Source of the DNA: Octopus sinensis
Lineage: Eukaryota
Length of the DNA stretch: 64,000 nt
Reading direction: 5' to 3'
NCBI RefSeq assembly: GCF_006345805.1
Contig: NC_043000.1
Span: 95,542,001-95,606,000 of the forward strand
The notes beneath the pieces are model-generated. The model did not search any database. It had not been told where the DNA came from and was given only the letters and a program-made list of their open reading frames with translations. The position numbers were made by a program, and so were the translations under genes. Below, in pieces: positions 1 through 14,731 of the stretch (its first letter is position 1; the number at the start of each line of letters is the position of its first letter).

Positions 1-27
1 TATTGTATATAAGTATTTATATATATA

Positions 28-420
28 CTAGTAGTATCGCCCAGTGTTGCTTGGGTTTGTTTTGACCCTTTAGAATTGGAATTTTTGAAAAGTAAAAATG
101 TTGCATTATGTAGCTTGTTATTCTCTTTAAGTGAACATTTTTCTGGTTGAAATACGCTGAAAAATGGCGACACAGCAGTAAAAAAAAATCGTAAAAAATA
201 GAGATTTTCATTAAAAAAAAGCACCTTTTTGATGTAAATAATTTTTGGTCTTAACACGGTCCAATTTGAATTTTATCTTCAACGGAATGAAGAGCAAGCC
301 TTCTTCTATCATACTCTCAATTTTAGTCAACTTGCAACGCAGGGTCTTGGAGGAGATGGTGTTAGTTGAAGGCTACCAAACCTGCCATTCACAGACAACT
401 TCAGCTTTATATATATAAAG
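28..420 (-). mobile_element. Non-autonomous Helitron (same 3' end, different body)
   Basis: Shares the CTAGTAGTATCGCCCAGTGTTGCTTGGGTTTG terminus with the 29561 copy. 5' end is TATATATAAAG-like. Confidence 0.72.
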
Positions 421-572
421 TTACAGGTTGTGAGTCCAATGAACTATCTATCCAATATGCTGCTAGTAGAATACCCAATTATTAATACACAAGTGTTTTT
501 TATTGCATTGTAATTATATTACCAAGTGTACTAAATGGGTGAAGGTAAAGAGATATTTTACCATTAATTTAT

Positions 573-735
573 AGAGCAATAAGAAAATGGGGGTGTCAAT
601 ATGTGGTTCATCAACTTTTAGACATTATATTATGTTGACTTATTTATTTAAATAAATAAATAAATAAGTTGACATAATATAATGTCTAAAAGTTGATGAA
701 CCACCTATTGACCCCCTCCATTTTCTTATTGCTCT
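573..735. mobile_element. Palindromic (foldback) MITE, Tc1/mariner-like
   Basis: ~80-bp near-perfect inverted arms (AGAGCAATAAGAAAATGG...CCATTTTCTTATTGCTCT) around a (TAAA)n centre. Confidence 0.7.
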
Positions 736-2034
736 GTGTGTGTGTGAATATGTATATGTTTGTATCTTTTCTTGACATCATGTGATGGCTGTACACAAAG
801 TGTCATTCATTTCCAATATTCTGCAAAAACATGTCTGGCCATGGAGAAATATTAACTTGCATGGAGACAGGTGAGGGTTAGCAACAGAAAGGACAGCCAA
901 CTAAACTCCGTCCAACCCACACAAACATGGAAAACTGGATGGTATAATGATAGATAGCCAGACAGACAGATAGATAGATATGCATATATACATGCACACA
1001 CACATTTGTACACATCACCCCCTTAAGGAAAGTTTTACAGGGGAAATAATCATTTCTTCATAATATCTAGTGTGATTAGAATTTTTAATTTGAAATTAAT
1101 GAATTATATGAAAACAGATGCATTGAATTCATATAATTGTTTTTTTTTTTTGTTAATTTATTATGAAATTCTTAAATTTTTAGTCAGTGGTAATCATGTA
1201 TATCACTATTTCATTCTTTTTAGAAATGATCAGCATGATATAACCTTGAGTATATATATATATATATATATATATAATTTAATACAATGTTTTTATGTAC
1301 TATTAGTTTCATGCGCTGAGAGTATGCCAGACACTATTTCTTAACATGTTTGGTTTCCTAGTACAATCTTCAGGCACAGACATGTTAAAAAATACTGTCT
1401 TTAATGTATAGTAGCACATAAAAATATAGATTGTGTGTATTAAATAATAATTTATCTCTCACCAGATGGAGTGCTTTTTTGTTGATCTTGCCACCATTGA
1501 ACAGTACACTATATATAAAGGAATATGAACACATATCAGTGTGAAAGAAAGCAATCCACAATGTTTTATCTGAGCTATCATTTCAATGCTCAGTAATAAC
1601 CAAACATTATTGGAATACTACAGTGGCAACAATATGCTCTACTAAAAAAGTATGTATGAAACAGGCAGGGAGGGATTGTCCACATTACTATATATGTAAA
1701 AGAAATGCCTATTTATTTCTTAGTCTCAGTCAATGAACAAAGTATATGCTGGGGCACAGCCTTCAAGTGTTCTAGATAATTATACCAATCCCAATACTTT
1801 GGTGCTTATTTTACCATCTTTATCAAATAAAAAAAAATCTAACTAATTGTTAAAGGGACCAACTGTGATGGAACCAAATACTGCTTAGAGAGAGTTCTTC
1901 ACAGTTTTCATCAGCCATATTTCACACATAAGGATTCAGTTGATACAAGACCATGATAGAAGATAAATGCTCAAAGACTGCACAGTGAAATCAGTCAAGA
2001 AACCAATAAGATAACAAAGCAAACTTCTTAACTT

Positions 2035-2425
2035 TTAATCTTTTACATGTTTCAGTCATTTGACTGCAGCCATGCAGAAGCACTGCTTTAAAGGGTTTTT
2101 TGGTCAAAGAAATAGACCTCATGACTTATTCTTTGTAAGCCTTGTACTTATTCCATTGGTCTCTTTTGCCAAACCGCTAAATTACAGGGACGTAAACACA
2201 CCAACATCAATTGTCAAGCGATGGTGAGAGGACAAACACAGACACAAAGACACACACATAAATACATGGATGTGCTTCTTTCAGTTTCCATCCACCAAAT
2301 CCAGTCACAAGGCTTTGGCTGACCAAAGGCTATAGTAGAAGACATTTGCCCAAGGTGCCACGCAGTGAGACTAAAGCTAGAACCATGTGGTTGAGAAGAA
2401 AGCTTCTTACCACACTACACCTACG
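2035..2425 (-). mobile_element. tRNA-derived SINE (family B, internal microsatellite)
   Basis: Head ...GTGTGGTAAGAAGCTT...GGCACCTTGGGCAAATGTCTTC. Relatives at ~47170-47500, 51930-52215, 52300-52910 and 53255-53630. Confidence 0.78.
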
Positions 2426-2890
2426 CCAACTTAATTTGGAAAAAGTATTGTGATGCAGTAACCAAAATAAAAAAATATATGTAAATAAATCAACAGGTAT
2501 ATTTTAAGTTATATATCTTGTTCAACAACAAAAAATGGTAAAAGAAAATTTGTAGCAAAAAAGGAAAAGAGCAACACTTTTAAGTCTTTCACTCTTTTGA
2601 TACCAACCCACCTGAGACCACCAGTGGTTTCTATGATATAAACTTCTTGTTTTGAAGAGATCTAAATAAAAGCCTTCCATCAAAATTTCATGTTCCAAAC
2701 ACTAACTTCATAATGACAAAGTTATTTTGCTGAATTTCTTCATCATTTTCAAAATGAATTGAAATAACAACAATGTACTTCAATAAAAATAAGATAACAA
2801 AAATATTAGCCCATCTCATACCAAATTTACCAAAAAATCACCCTAGTTCTGTAATATAAACTTCCTTTTTTTTAAGGTGATCTACATTAA

Positions 2891-3556
2891 CCCTTAGGAG
2901 ACGATAGGACTAATCTATCAGCTGAAAAGTCAAATGATGAAGAAGATAACTGGGCCGATCCATCAGCCTGATAGCACAAGCCTCAAGATTAGCTGGCTGG
3001 TCTTCATACCAGCCAATCAGATTGCTTCTCACATTTCTTTCACATTTGGTCCATTCAATGGTGGCTTCCATGACAGTCTGCTGTGTTCTGTGATCTTACA
3101 TTTTTTTTTTTTTTGTGTTCCAAGTGAGCATTGTGAAATTTCACTATGTCCAACAGTGACACTGATGAAAATATCCTTAGCAAATCTGATTTCTCCCAGC
3201 CTAGCAGTGAGTCTGACATTGAAACTGGCGAAAACAACCAGGAATGTAATGGAGAAGATCAAAATGATGGTGACGACAATGTTGTGAGCTATTGCTTAAG
3301 GATTAGGGATACTGAGCTAGATAGAGATGACCCCTATGAATTCTTAGAAAATATAAGGCCAGAAATATCCACAAGGCATAAGCATTCCAGTGAAATATAC
3401 TTTATGCTGTTTTTCACATGGAATCTCATTCAGAGAGACCAATGAGTATGCTGCCAACTTTCTCGGAAACACTCAGCTTAAGAGGAGGTCTCTAGGTCAT
3501 AAATGGCTCCATATTCTTGATACTGAAACACCAAATGCAGTTCCGTCTCCAAAGGG
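2891..3556 (+). mobile_element. Internally deleted piggyBac element with an N-terminal transposase remnant
   Basis: TTAA on both sides; TIRs CCCTTAGGAGACG and CGTCTCCAAAGGG. Acidic ORF 3146-3445 ends YFMLFFT, followed out of frame by ETNEYA. Confidence 0.88.
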
Positions 3557-3883
3557 TTAAAAACTTCCACCAAAATTTCATAGTAATTAATGATCCAAAC
3601 ACCAACTTAATAATGACAAAATTAATTTAGTAAATTTTTCATTATTTTCCAATTTAATTGAAACAAATGGCAGGGCTCTTCAACAGAAATATGGTAACAA
3701 AACAATTAAAAACAAAAGATTATTTTTTGTGGGGTTTAGTCAATTATTTTCACTCCCCTTAAAAAATTCTGGCTTTGTGCTCTTATCAAAGGAAAATTAT
3801 TAGTGTGTGTTTATACATGTGCACACACACACATATATTTACATATATATGCAAATATATAGATATATAGATGTGTGTGTGTT

Positions 3884-3916
<33 letters not shown>

Positions 3917-6900
3917 TATTATACTACTTTATTATACTGAGTTAGTCAAGTTAATAAAACAGATGGTACAGCACCAGACGCAAGATACTGTAAAGCATTT
4001 AATATCATTCTTTAATAAGTTTGCTTTAGGTCAACAATTGAAAAGATAGGAGAAAAACAGAAAAAACAAAGAGGTACAGTAATTTATTTTGGAGAGAAGA
4101 TCAATGAACTATTGTTGCCTTCTCTCCTTCAAATTTAAATTTGAGCCATATCAACTAGAAAATAAAATAAAAAGAAAGAAAAACATCAATATTTACTGCA
4201 ACAACAATAAAAATGAATAAAATACTACAAGAAGTTGTGAATTAAATCAGCAGTTGATAATTAATTCTGTATTACAGAAAAATTCAGAAATAATTTTACA
4301 GGCATATTTTGTTTTGTTTTTTGTTTCTCCATTTGTTTTGGGTTTTTTTTTATATATATTTTCATTATTTTTTTTTCTGCTTGTATGAAAGTAAAAAAAT
4401 CATAGTAATGGATTTCTTAAGATATATTGATTTTATAATTTGTTTTCATCTTGCTGTTGTTATTATTTTTATTTGCCCTTCTTTGTTTCGCTTTCTGATT
4501 TTAATTTTTTTTTTTTTCTAAGAATATCAAGATTAGGGGACAAATATTATCACTCAACAGAGAGAGAGTTTAAAGGGGATTTTTCCTGTTTTTCTTTTAA
4601 CTTTTTTTTGATTGGTTTTCTTTTAACTGTTGTACATCATTTTAGATTTTTACCTATGTAATATAAATTTTTTTTCAAGATATGGTCGATGCAGTTTTAC
4701 ACAAAGCTATTTACATATGGGATTAACATTGCAATCTAACAAACACCTAAATAAATCCAGTATATAGGCACACATACACACAGTCATAAATATATGAATA
4801 TATACATACATAAATTTTTACATATAACATCTGTGTCTATGTGTGTTCCAAAGTTTTCTTAAGCACAAGTTTTTAAAATAAAATAAAAATTGATGACATT
4901 AAGCAATGCAAGTTAAAATTTGAATTATATTATTGCAGTAACTTGAAACTTGATTATACAACTCTGTAAGGTACTTAGCGATGAAATCCCTCACAAAAGT
5001 ACAATTTATCATTGGACAATGTTAGAACAGTGACAACACAAACATTCATAACTGTCTTTCAGAAAAGCAAGCTATTACTGCTACAAAAACAACTAATGAA
5101 GGTACTGTTACAAGACCAGTATTAGACTTACACGAAATAAGAACCAAATCTACTGCAAATAACATCCGTCAGTCTTAAAAATGGAACGACATGTCTTTAG
5201 GTTTCATAATGTTTTTCTGCGGGAAAGAAATGTAGGACAGTCACAGCTGGAATGCCTTTGATCATATGTATGCTCAATTAGAATTGTCCTGGGTCTAAAT
5301 ATCAATATATGTTTACTACTTTTTATGAACTGCTGAAGTTTGAACCCTGTATTTACATTAAAGAATGTGGAAGAAGCCTTGCTCGTCTCTCAAGGCACAA
5401 TATTTACCAAATCCCATGACAATATAACCAATGTTTCCTCTAAACTGTGCATGTTTGTTCACACATATTATACAATCAGTGTTCAAAGGATATTAGCAAA
5501 AAATATATTAAATACTTTTGTTAGAATCAGATGGCTGGTTTACTGATTCATGGGAATGAATGGCAAAACTTAGTGCTATATTGAAGTAGTTAAAATGATA
5601 ATCAAAGTAGCTCATATGTGGAATGTTTAGAAACAAGTCAGAACTAATAAAGTTGATCTATGACTGAAGACATTCCAGTCATGCCCATCTCATTTTTTTT
5701 TTTCCGTGTACTTGTAAGCCATTATCTAATGTAACCATAACCCACCTTTTTTTAAAAAAAAAAAGATGCAAGGATGCAGTCTGAAGATGACTGTAGTTTA
5801 TAGCAAGTCAAGCAACCATTTAGAGGCTTCCCTCGTGGGCTCAAGAACAGATGGTAGAGTTAATAGCCAACAGCTTATTCATAAAAATGGATAAGCTATT
5901 AGCTATTTCTATGATGTAATTAACATTATGATATAACAATCAGACACTAATTTTCAGTTAGACCACTGCCTATTCACTGAAAATAGATATTATGGTGCAG
6001 TACTTCTCACTACAAGCAACAGTGACATTGTAAAATTAATGTGTCTAGGATATTCAGTACCAAGTCAAATTTTTTCAGTTGGAGAGGCAGGGGAATCTAG
6101 CAAGATAGCCTCCTTCAGATATACTAACAACAATTTTCAGAGATACCTATTATAGTCTTCAATAACCTTATAGGGTACCCTAAGAAATGAGTCACAGAGG
6201 ATATCTTTAACACAGTATAGCAATGTAGTTTTTAGTAGCCATGATATACATGTTAACATCATTAATTAGTACATCATGTTTTTTTTCATGTTTAGGCCAT
6301 TAAACGTTTATCAGAACATGGATAGCCATCTTCATTATTCTAAAATTTGTTTATCAATAACCTGCTCCAAAATTTATTGTAAGTTCTGAAGATAGAATGT
6401 GAAGGTACCTTAACCCACCTTCAGACAAGATGATCATAGTTCGTCTCATTAATCACAGAGGATTAGACTTCTTAATCCTTCTACAACCCAGAAAGCAAAC
6501 AGAGGCAGTGAGATATCAGAAAAGTGAACCATTTGGAGGTGGGGAAGGAGAAGGAAAAAAGATCATCTACATCACTTTGCAAATTCCTAATGTTTAAGGA
6601 TATTCAGGTTAAAAGATGGTGTCCTCGGAAAGAAAAGAAAGTAATAGTATGATAATAATGTTCCAATCTTGTTCATATGGTCTATGTTCTGAGAAAAGGA
6701 ATACTAATGAGCAAAAAGTAAACTTTTGATGATAACATTTCATACTTTGTAAGTAGAACTGCAAACATTTCACTGGACCTTCTTAATGATTATAAAGTTT
6801 AGAACATACATTCCCAGAGCTCCAATCATATACAGTCAGACGTTGTCTTTCAATTTTTGAAAGAACACTCATAAAAACAACAATTTATGAAAATGAGCTC

Positions 6901-9900
6901 AAAATTTGTTAAGCCAGCTTATGGTATTCTTGACAAATGTTTTACATGGGACTCTATGGTTATGTTAATAAACAAAATGTTTTTCTTTTTTGTAAAAGTT
7001 GAGAAATGAAGTAAATAAAGACAATAGTCTGCCATAAGAACTATATGGCAGGATTCAGAAATTCCCTCAATATCAATTAATAATTAAAATGGTTGCTCAG
7101 GAAACCAATGTCATTCAATAAGATTAGTCATGGTACTACAACTTCTAAGACAACACATAATTTGTAAAATTTCATTTATAGTTTTGATAATTTTTAATAT
7201 ATTAACATAGGCTTCTTGTGTTTTGTCATGACCTTGTCATCTAATAAGTTTAGATTTTGATAATGTTACATCTCTTGGGAGTTGAATTGTATTTGATTAC
7301 CCAAATATGGAGAGAGAAGGCAGGAGAGAACAATCAGTTGACCAACTTTGAAGACATCAATTTGTGCTTCTTTATATATACACTCAGGTACAAATGCTTT
7401 CAATATCAAAATCTCTGCATATAACTCCAGATATTTAGTAAAGAACTGGTCTTAGCTACAAGTTCTCATTAATTTCTTCGGTGATCTTGTGATTTGTGGC
7501 ACCAGTCATTCTCTTTATAGCATGTAGGGACTACTATATATGAATAATATAAAGCAACCTGTGTACCTGAACCTTCAGAATTATGGCCTCAATACTACTG
7601 AAGCAAATTCCATTCAGGACCTGTAAGTTCATTAATTTAGCCCTTCAACAATCATATAGAACTATTCAAGCACTTGGATGAATTTCTTGTGCAATGGTCA
7701 AATCTCACATCTATGGAAGCCTTGTTTGAGTTCAGCTTCAATGGTTCAGAGTGGTTCAGAATGCATGAAAACCAATATGAGCTCGCAGTATTGTTACAAA
7801 TTATGATTTCTTTGCCATAAGTATCATGAAAAATTTAAGCCTCAAAAGAGTTGGAAACTGTAACAATGAGTAGTTGAATGCCATTAACTGACTCCATGTG
7901 TTGAACTCAAAACTGAATTCAGAGTAGATTCAAGGCCAGTCTTGTTAAGACAGTGATACAAAAGAATAAGAGACAGAAAATTTGGACAGCCTCTCTATAA
8001 AGATCTTCAAGTTGGATTATCTGCACAAAAAAAAAAGAGTAAATACAGTCACTGACAAGAACAATTGCTTTTTGAGCAGCTCTATATATACATTAGGTCT
8101 TAGTCCTCATTGTATAAGAATACTACTTAGTCAATATCCTATAGGACACAAGAGTGAAACTGTTGAAACAAAAATTAATTAGATTATTCAAGGTATCAAC
8201 AAGCACAGAAAAACCATTTTAGTCAATTATATCATCTAAGATAAAGCAGCTGCTATGATTGAATTCCAGAGGCATCTGAGGACTGCCAGCATGATCCAAA
8301 GAATTCTATGAACAATGTCAAAAAAATATATTCTGCTGCTGAAGAAAACAACTCAACATTTCTTAATACATTTTTTTACACCTGCCTCACTAAGATAGTT
8401 TCATTAGCAGTGTTTAAACTTGGCTTAAAGGTAACGAAATTATATAACCACACTAAATCATTTTGATGCTTACCCACCTGATACAAACTTCTAATTTAAT
8501 TCTTTTGGTATCAACCTGCCTGAGGCCACTCCTGGTTCTATGGTACAAACTTTTGTTTTAAAATGTTCCAAATTAAAACCTTCTCTTAAAATTTTATGTG
8601 AATTTCTATTCTAGATACCAGTTTAATAGTGAAGTTATTTTTCAAAGTTCATCATTTTCATAACTAATAGAAACAAAGGCAGTTTATTTCAACAGACATA
8701 TGACAAAGGGATAAAGTGATCTAAATTAAAATCATCCATTAAAATTCCATATTAAGTGCTAAACACCAGCTCAATCATCACAAAGTTATTTTACTAAATT
8801 CTTTATTTTTAAAACTAATTGACTTAAAAGCAGTGTATTTTAACAGGAATATAGTAAAGGAAGGGTTAATTCAGCAAATTATAAGTATCACAAAGCTATC
8901 ACTAAGTACTCCTTGAACAGTTTCTCATTCATAACACAATTGGTTAACAACACAGCATCATGTCAGAACTGGATGAAGAAACAAACAAAGCTACCTAGTG
9001 CATTTGTTGCTATAGTGGTGTGTTCAAGAAGCTACCATAGAACTGTATACTGTGAACAGTTTTCTTACCATTCAAGTTGAATAAGAGTCCTTTGTTATGG
9101 AACATCAGAGGGAACATAAAAGAGAAATAACTAATGCAATGAAAGGATATATTTAAAAAAGAATTAAAGAAGAGAGTGAAGTGTCACTGATTAATGCCAC
9201 AGCAGCACTTCATCACAAAATATCATACAAACTCCTTGAGATAATAATGAAACATTCACAGACAGTGAACAAATGACAGTACATAATTTGACATCTTTTC
9301 AGAACCATGTATATAAGATATGCTTGAAATGATGGCTGATTTAAGAAGTGACACAAAACACCACTGTAGAAAACACTGAAAAGTTCTATGGATTCACAAG
9401 AAACAGCAGAAATAAATTCTAATTTTTCACCAACACAGAATGTAGCTCCCACAAGTCAATAAGATCTATCATAATAATTTAATAATTTTCTTATCAATTA
9501 AGGGAACAGATGTCCAAGGGTTTCCTAACATGACTTACAGTAGTATATTCAATACTTAAGAACAAATCAGTCAGACAGTGAGTCAGAATTGCTTTCAGAT
9601 TTACAGACTAATGAATCTTGTTCAGATGTTACTTTTCACAACAAAAGGAAACTTAACATTTTCAGTATAAACTAAAGATGGGGAATACGGCAAGCCACAA
9701 CAGTATTGGATAAAATATCTGGTGTATTTTGGCACTCTGTACTCTTAAGTTGAAATCCCATTGTGACCAACTTTGCTCTTCATTCCTTTGGGGTCTATTT
9801 CTTTGCTTTCTCTCTCTCTCTCTCTCTTTGAATCAACTGTATGAAGTATCATAGAAAGGAGAATTCACATTATAGCCCCTCTAATCCTTTCACTACCACC

Positions 9901-11800
9901 TTGTTTACACAAAAAATATGTACTTGTCTGACAATATATACACCCTTATCCTTAAGCCTTTATCTAGTGCCAAGACTATTTCTTAAAAGGTTCCTCTCAA
10001 AGATGAGTCTTATCACTAAACATCAACTTATACATAACTGACAGCAGATAAATATTCCTAGCAGAAGAGGTTGGATACTCTTTGGACTTTTTCACATGTC
10101 TGTCAAAACAATACTGCCACTTCAAACTTCTGTCTTTTACCGAGAAATGATCTATCCAAGAGTACTATACTTAAGATTGTAGTTTCCAAAACAATGAGCA
10201 TAATTCATAGATCAATCCCTTAAAATCAGAAAACTAAATCCATCAATTTGCTAGTTTTGATTTACTTATGCATTTAAAGTTTCCTCTCTTCATCAGTCCT
10301 GATGTATTCAAAGCTGGTTCACAACCTCAAATGAAATTTGAGACCAATTCAACGACTTGTGATTTTTTGCAGTTTCTGTAAGGACACAAGCATCACTAGC
10401 CAAGTGCAAGACATTATTCAGGACAATATTTTCTGATTTCTACAACTGTGATTAAAAGAGGAAAATTGTAGAAGTTTATTTCAAAAGAAAGAAATCTTTT
10501 TTATAAGCACACGGTCTAAAATTTTAGGGGAGGGGGATAGTTGATTACATCGGCCCTCTCAGCACTCAACTTTACTAGAAGCACAAGGCCTGGAATTTAA
10601 GGGGCGAGGGATAGCTGATCAAATCAACCCTAGTACTTGACTGGTTCTTAATTTACCAAACCTGAAAGGATGAAAGGCAAGGTCGACCATGGTGGAATTT
10701 CAACTCAGAACATAGCGACAGGCGAAATACTGCTGAGCATTTTGCCTGGCATGCTAATGATTTAGCTGGCTCAATGCCTTAATAATAATAATTCTTTCTA
10801 CTATAAGCACAAAGCCAGAAATTTTGCAGGAGGGGGATAGTCAATCACAGTGCTCAACTGGTACTTATTTTATCAACCCTGAAAGAATGAAAGGCAAAGC
10901 TGACCTTGGTGGAATTTGAAAAAGATTTTTTTTTAAAAATCAAGAAAATTACTAAAATTCTCTACCCAAGGAAATTTGCTTAGACTCAAGTTCTCTCTTT
11001 CAACTTCATCTATAATCCATCTATCTCATCACTCTTTTAATGCAAGATAATCCCATCAACAACTCAGCAGAATGACAAGGTGTACATCAGTAGAAAACTA
11101 AAAAGTTTATAGCACAAACCATGATGTCTGGAAGAAAAGAATCCTTGGGTAGAAGTACAAAGATTGAGTTAAGTCAGGCCCACTTTTATGGCATAGCAAC
11201 TTCTAGGAATGTATTCCCTTATACCAAAAGATTAAAACAACAATAAAAAGAAGACAATGAGCTGTGATTAAAACAAATTGTTAGCATAGCAACAAAACAA
11301 TTTGTAAGTTAGCCTCAAAGAATTGTCTAATTCATATAAGACTTTGATCCAATTACTAAATTATTTGGCACACACAACATATGTATATACACATATATAA
11401 ATGCTCACACTCATACACACACACATGTATACAAGTGATTCCTGCGGTTGTTTTTCCTTGCATACACAGCTTATAAAGCATCATTAGTTCAGAAGGTAGT
11501 GTTGTTATGATAATTTTTATACAAATATGTTTATCAACATATATTTATATCATATGTGTATATACATATAAATACAAATGTGTATACACATATACCACAC
11601 ACATACATATCAGGTGTTTATAAAATAACTTATATTTTTATTGACTAGTAATCTTAATCACTTAATTTAACCATTTTGAAACAGCTGTTTAATAAGCAAA
11701 AGCATGTATGAATATTGAGAGATATTATATATAAAAACAATTTAACATTATATTGAAGGATCACTCAATACTATTTAGTAAAATAAATATTAATTTTTAT

Positions 11801-11898
11801 AAGGAAAGGGTTGACAGTGACTTCAAAGTTTCAGCTTATGAGCTGTCATCAGTCTGATAACAGCTAGTAAGCAAAAGCTCCAAAGTCACTCTTTTCCA
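11801..11898. repeat. Inverted repeat made of two back-to-back degenerate hammerhead-like motifs
   Basis: Minus: CTGATGA-C-AGCT-CATA-AGCT-GAAA-CTTTGAA-GTC. Plus: CTGATAA-CAGCTAGTAAGC-AAAA-GCTCCAAA-GTC. The arms are reverse complements around t11853. Confidence 0.55.
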
Positions 11899-13295
11899 TA
11901 ATATATATATAATAATGATGTAAATAAATTATTTTAATATATCCACATTCTAAGATTATGTCCTAATTCAAAGTCCCTAACTGCATTTTATAAATTCAAT
12001 TAATTTCATGAATATGAAAAAGATATCAAGAAAACATGAGGCTGGTTCCAATGAAAAAAAAATGACACACATGATAATTGCTAACACAACACAATGATTC
12101 AAAATTTTGGATAGTGATATAATCAATTATATCTACCCTTTCTTCTTATTTTTCTGTAAATTCATAACCATTTTTCTTTGACCCAGGAAGAATTTGAACT
12201 CAGACTCTAAACAGTCATAACTTCTGAAAGGCATTCTGTTTATTGCCCTACCAGTTCTGTCAGTCCACTGCTCTCAATGATAATAATAATAACAGTTTCA
12301 AATTTTGACAAATGGCCAGTAATTTTAGGGGACAGGGTAAGTCAATTACACTGACCCCAGTGCTGAACTAGTACTTATTTTAGCAACTCTGAAAGGATGA
12401 AAGGCAAAGTCAACCTCAGAAAGTAAAGCCAGAAGAAATACTGCCAAGTATTTTGTCTGGCATGCTAACAATTGTACAAGCTCACTACCTTTAAATAATA
12501 ATTCTTTTACTAGAGGCATAAAGCCTGAAATTTTAGGAGAGCAGGTAAGTCAATTGCCTTGATCTAAGCACTCAACTGGAAATTATTTTATCACCTCCAA
12601 AAGGATGAAAAGCAAAGTTCACCTTGATGGAATTTGAACTCAGAACATAAAGAGCTAGAAAAAATGCCAAGCATTTTATCCAATGCTCTACAAGCTCACT
12701 ACAACAAACAGCAATAATAATAATAATAATATGCCAAGCATTTTGTCCAATGTTCTACAAGTTCGCCACAACAGCAATAATAATAACTATAACAACAATA
12801 ATTTCTAATACTAGAACAAGGCCAGAAATTTGAAGAGAGACAGCTGATTATATTGACTTCAATACTTGATTAATCAATATTATAAAACAAAAATTCACAG
12901 CTCCATTTTTTTGTTTGGATATGTGTGCATATTTGCTGATTTATCTCTTTCTGCCACACTATAGGAATGTGGAAAAAAAAAGCAAAAGCTATACTGAGAG
13001 AAGTACTGAGAATTATAAAGAGAGGTAAATTAATAGATAAATAGATGTGGGAGATTGAGAAAGAAAGAGAAATAGACAACAGTCAAGTGAAACAGGCAGT
13101 TAAATATAGGAAAGGATGAAAGAAAGAAGTGAAAGAGATAGAACAAGTAAGAAAGGAAAGGTGGCAAGGAAAGAAAGGAGAAATACAAGAAACACAAAAG
13201 AAACAGAAGCTCAAAGTAAAAAGAACTGAAAGAAGACAAACAAACTCAAGAAGAAAATAGAGCAAGGTCTGAAATAAAGATTAACAATTACTGAA

Positions 13296-13545
13296 AGATA
13301 CTATGATAGTAACAAAAATCTGCATAATTTTGACGGGTACTATGGTAGTAATAAATAAACTCCATTTTTGACAGGTGCTATGGTAGTAATAAGAAATAAA
13401 TGTAATCATTATTGACAGGTGCTATGGTAATGATAAAAAATAAACCCAAGTACTATGATAGTAATAAAAAACCCATCATTTTAACAGGTACTATTAGTAG
13501 TAATAGGCTATCATTTTTTAACAAATATTATGGTAATAAGAAAAC
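13296..13545. repeat. ~40-bp minisatellite (TGACAGGTGCTATGGTAGTAATAA...)
   Basis: About six diverged copies. Confidence 0.75.
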
Positions 13546-14731
13546 AAGAAGACACATATCGTATATTAAAGCAAAAAGAGAAATAGAAAGAGAAAGTGTA
13601 ACAGAGACAGAGTGTCTAAAATAGTGAGAAAAGGCAACTGAAAAAACAAATTACTGATGCGGAGTGAAATAACTAATCATAGTAAACAGCAATGCGGAAG
13701 GTGGGGGGGGAGAGATTCTGTCCCTGTTTATAAAGATACTTGAAGGCAATTAAAACAGCTTACTGAATGATATTTTAGTTTGAGATATCAATGACTAAAT
13801 ATTCATACAGCAACTTAAAACAGAAATCTCCATCCCGTTTCTGTTGCTATGAGCGTTCCTTTTGCAGCAGCTTTATTTGCCTGAATGAGCATTGTTTTCT
13901 AGAGAATTTGAATGGAACGCTTGTTGGTTAATCTTCCAGGATTTTTGCTATTGTGTTTCTACTGCATATACCACACATATTCTTTTTGGATGTGTATTTT
14001 AACCAGAATGAATGGCCAGTACCACTAGATTCCTATTCCTATTCATAATATTCCTGCTAATGTATGATGTCACAAATAAAGCTAAATGTTGAACCAATGG
14101 AAGACACAGAAGAAAGATTAAAGTTAAAGGAGAGATTGAAAATGCAGATGAGAGACTGAATTACTGAAGACACAGAGGAGAGTTCTTCAGATTTTAAGAT
14201 CTCTTGAAAAGAATATATTTTCAATGGATTCAAACTAATGTTCCAAATATCAGAATAGACTTGTCCTAAACCCAACATGGCAGACTAACAATAGACACAT
14301 CAAACAGTCATTATTTTCAATAGCAGAGTTGCATCATTTCATAACACTTACTCTAAAAGAACTTTGAGGTTATGACTCCAAAAGTTTTAGCTCAACACTT
14401 TAACTTGATCAAATGCAAAACAATCTTGAAAGTAGCAAAAATTCATAAGATATAATATGCAAACTTGTAGTATTAAATTCCAAGAATATGCAAATTAGGT
14501 AAAGCAGCCACCAAATACACAAAGATTGAAATGCACACTTCTTTTATTCTTTTGCCAGTCAATTTTGTAATTTCTTGCCGAAAAAGAAGTTTTATTCTGA
14601 GATGTCAATGAACCATGCAATATCTTTAATTCAACAACTTAAAAGAGTATTATTCAGTATTATTGACATAAATTTAAGACTTAAAGACTGATACTAGGAG
14701 AAAACAATTTTTGTTTTCTAAATCAATTTAA

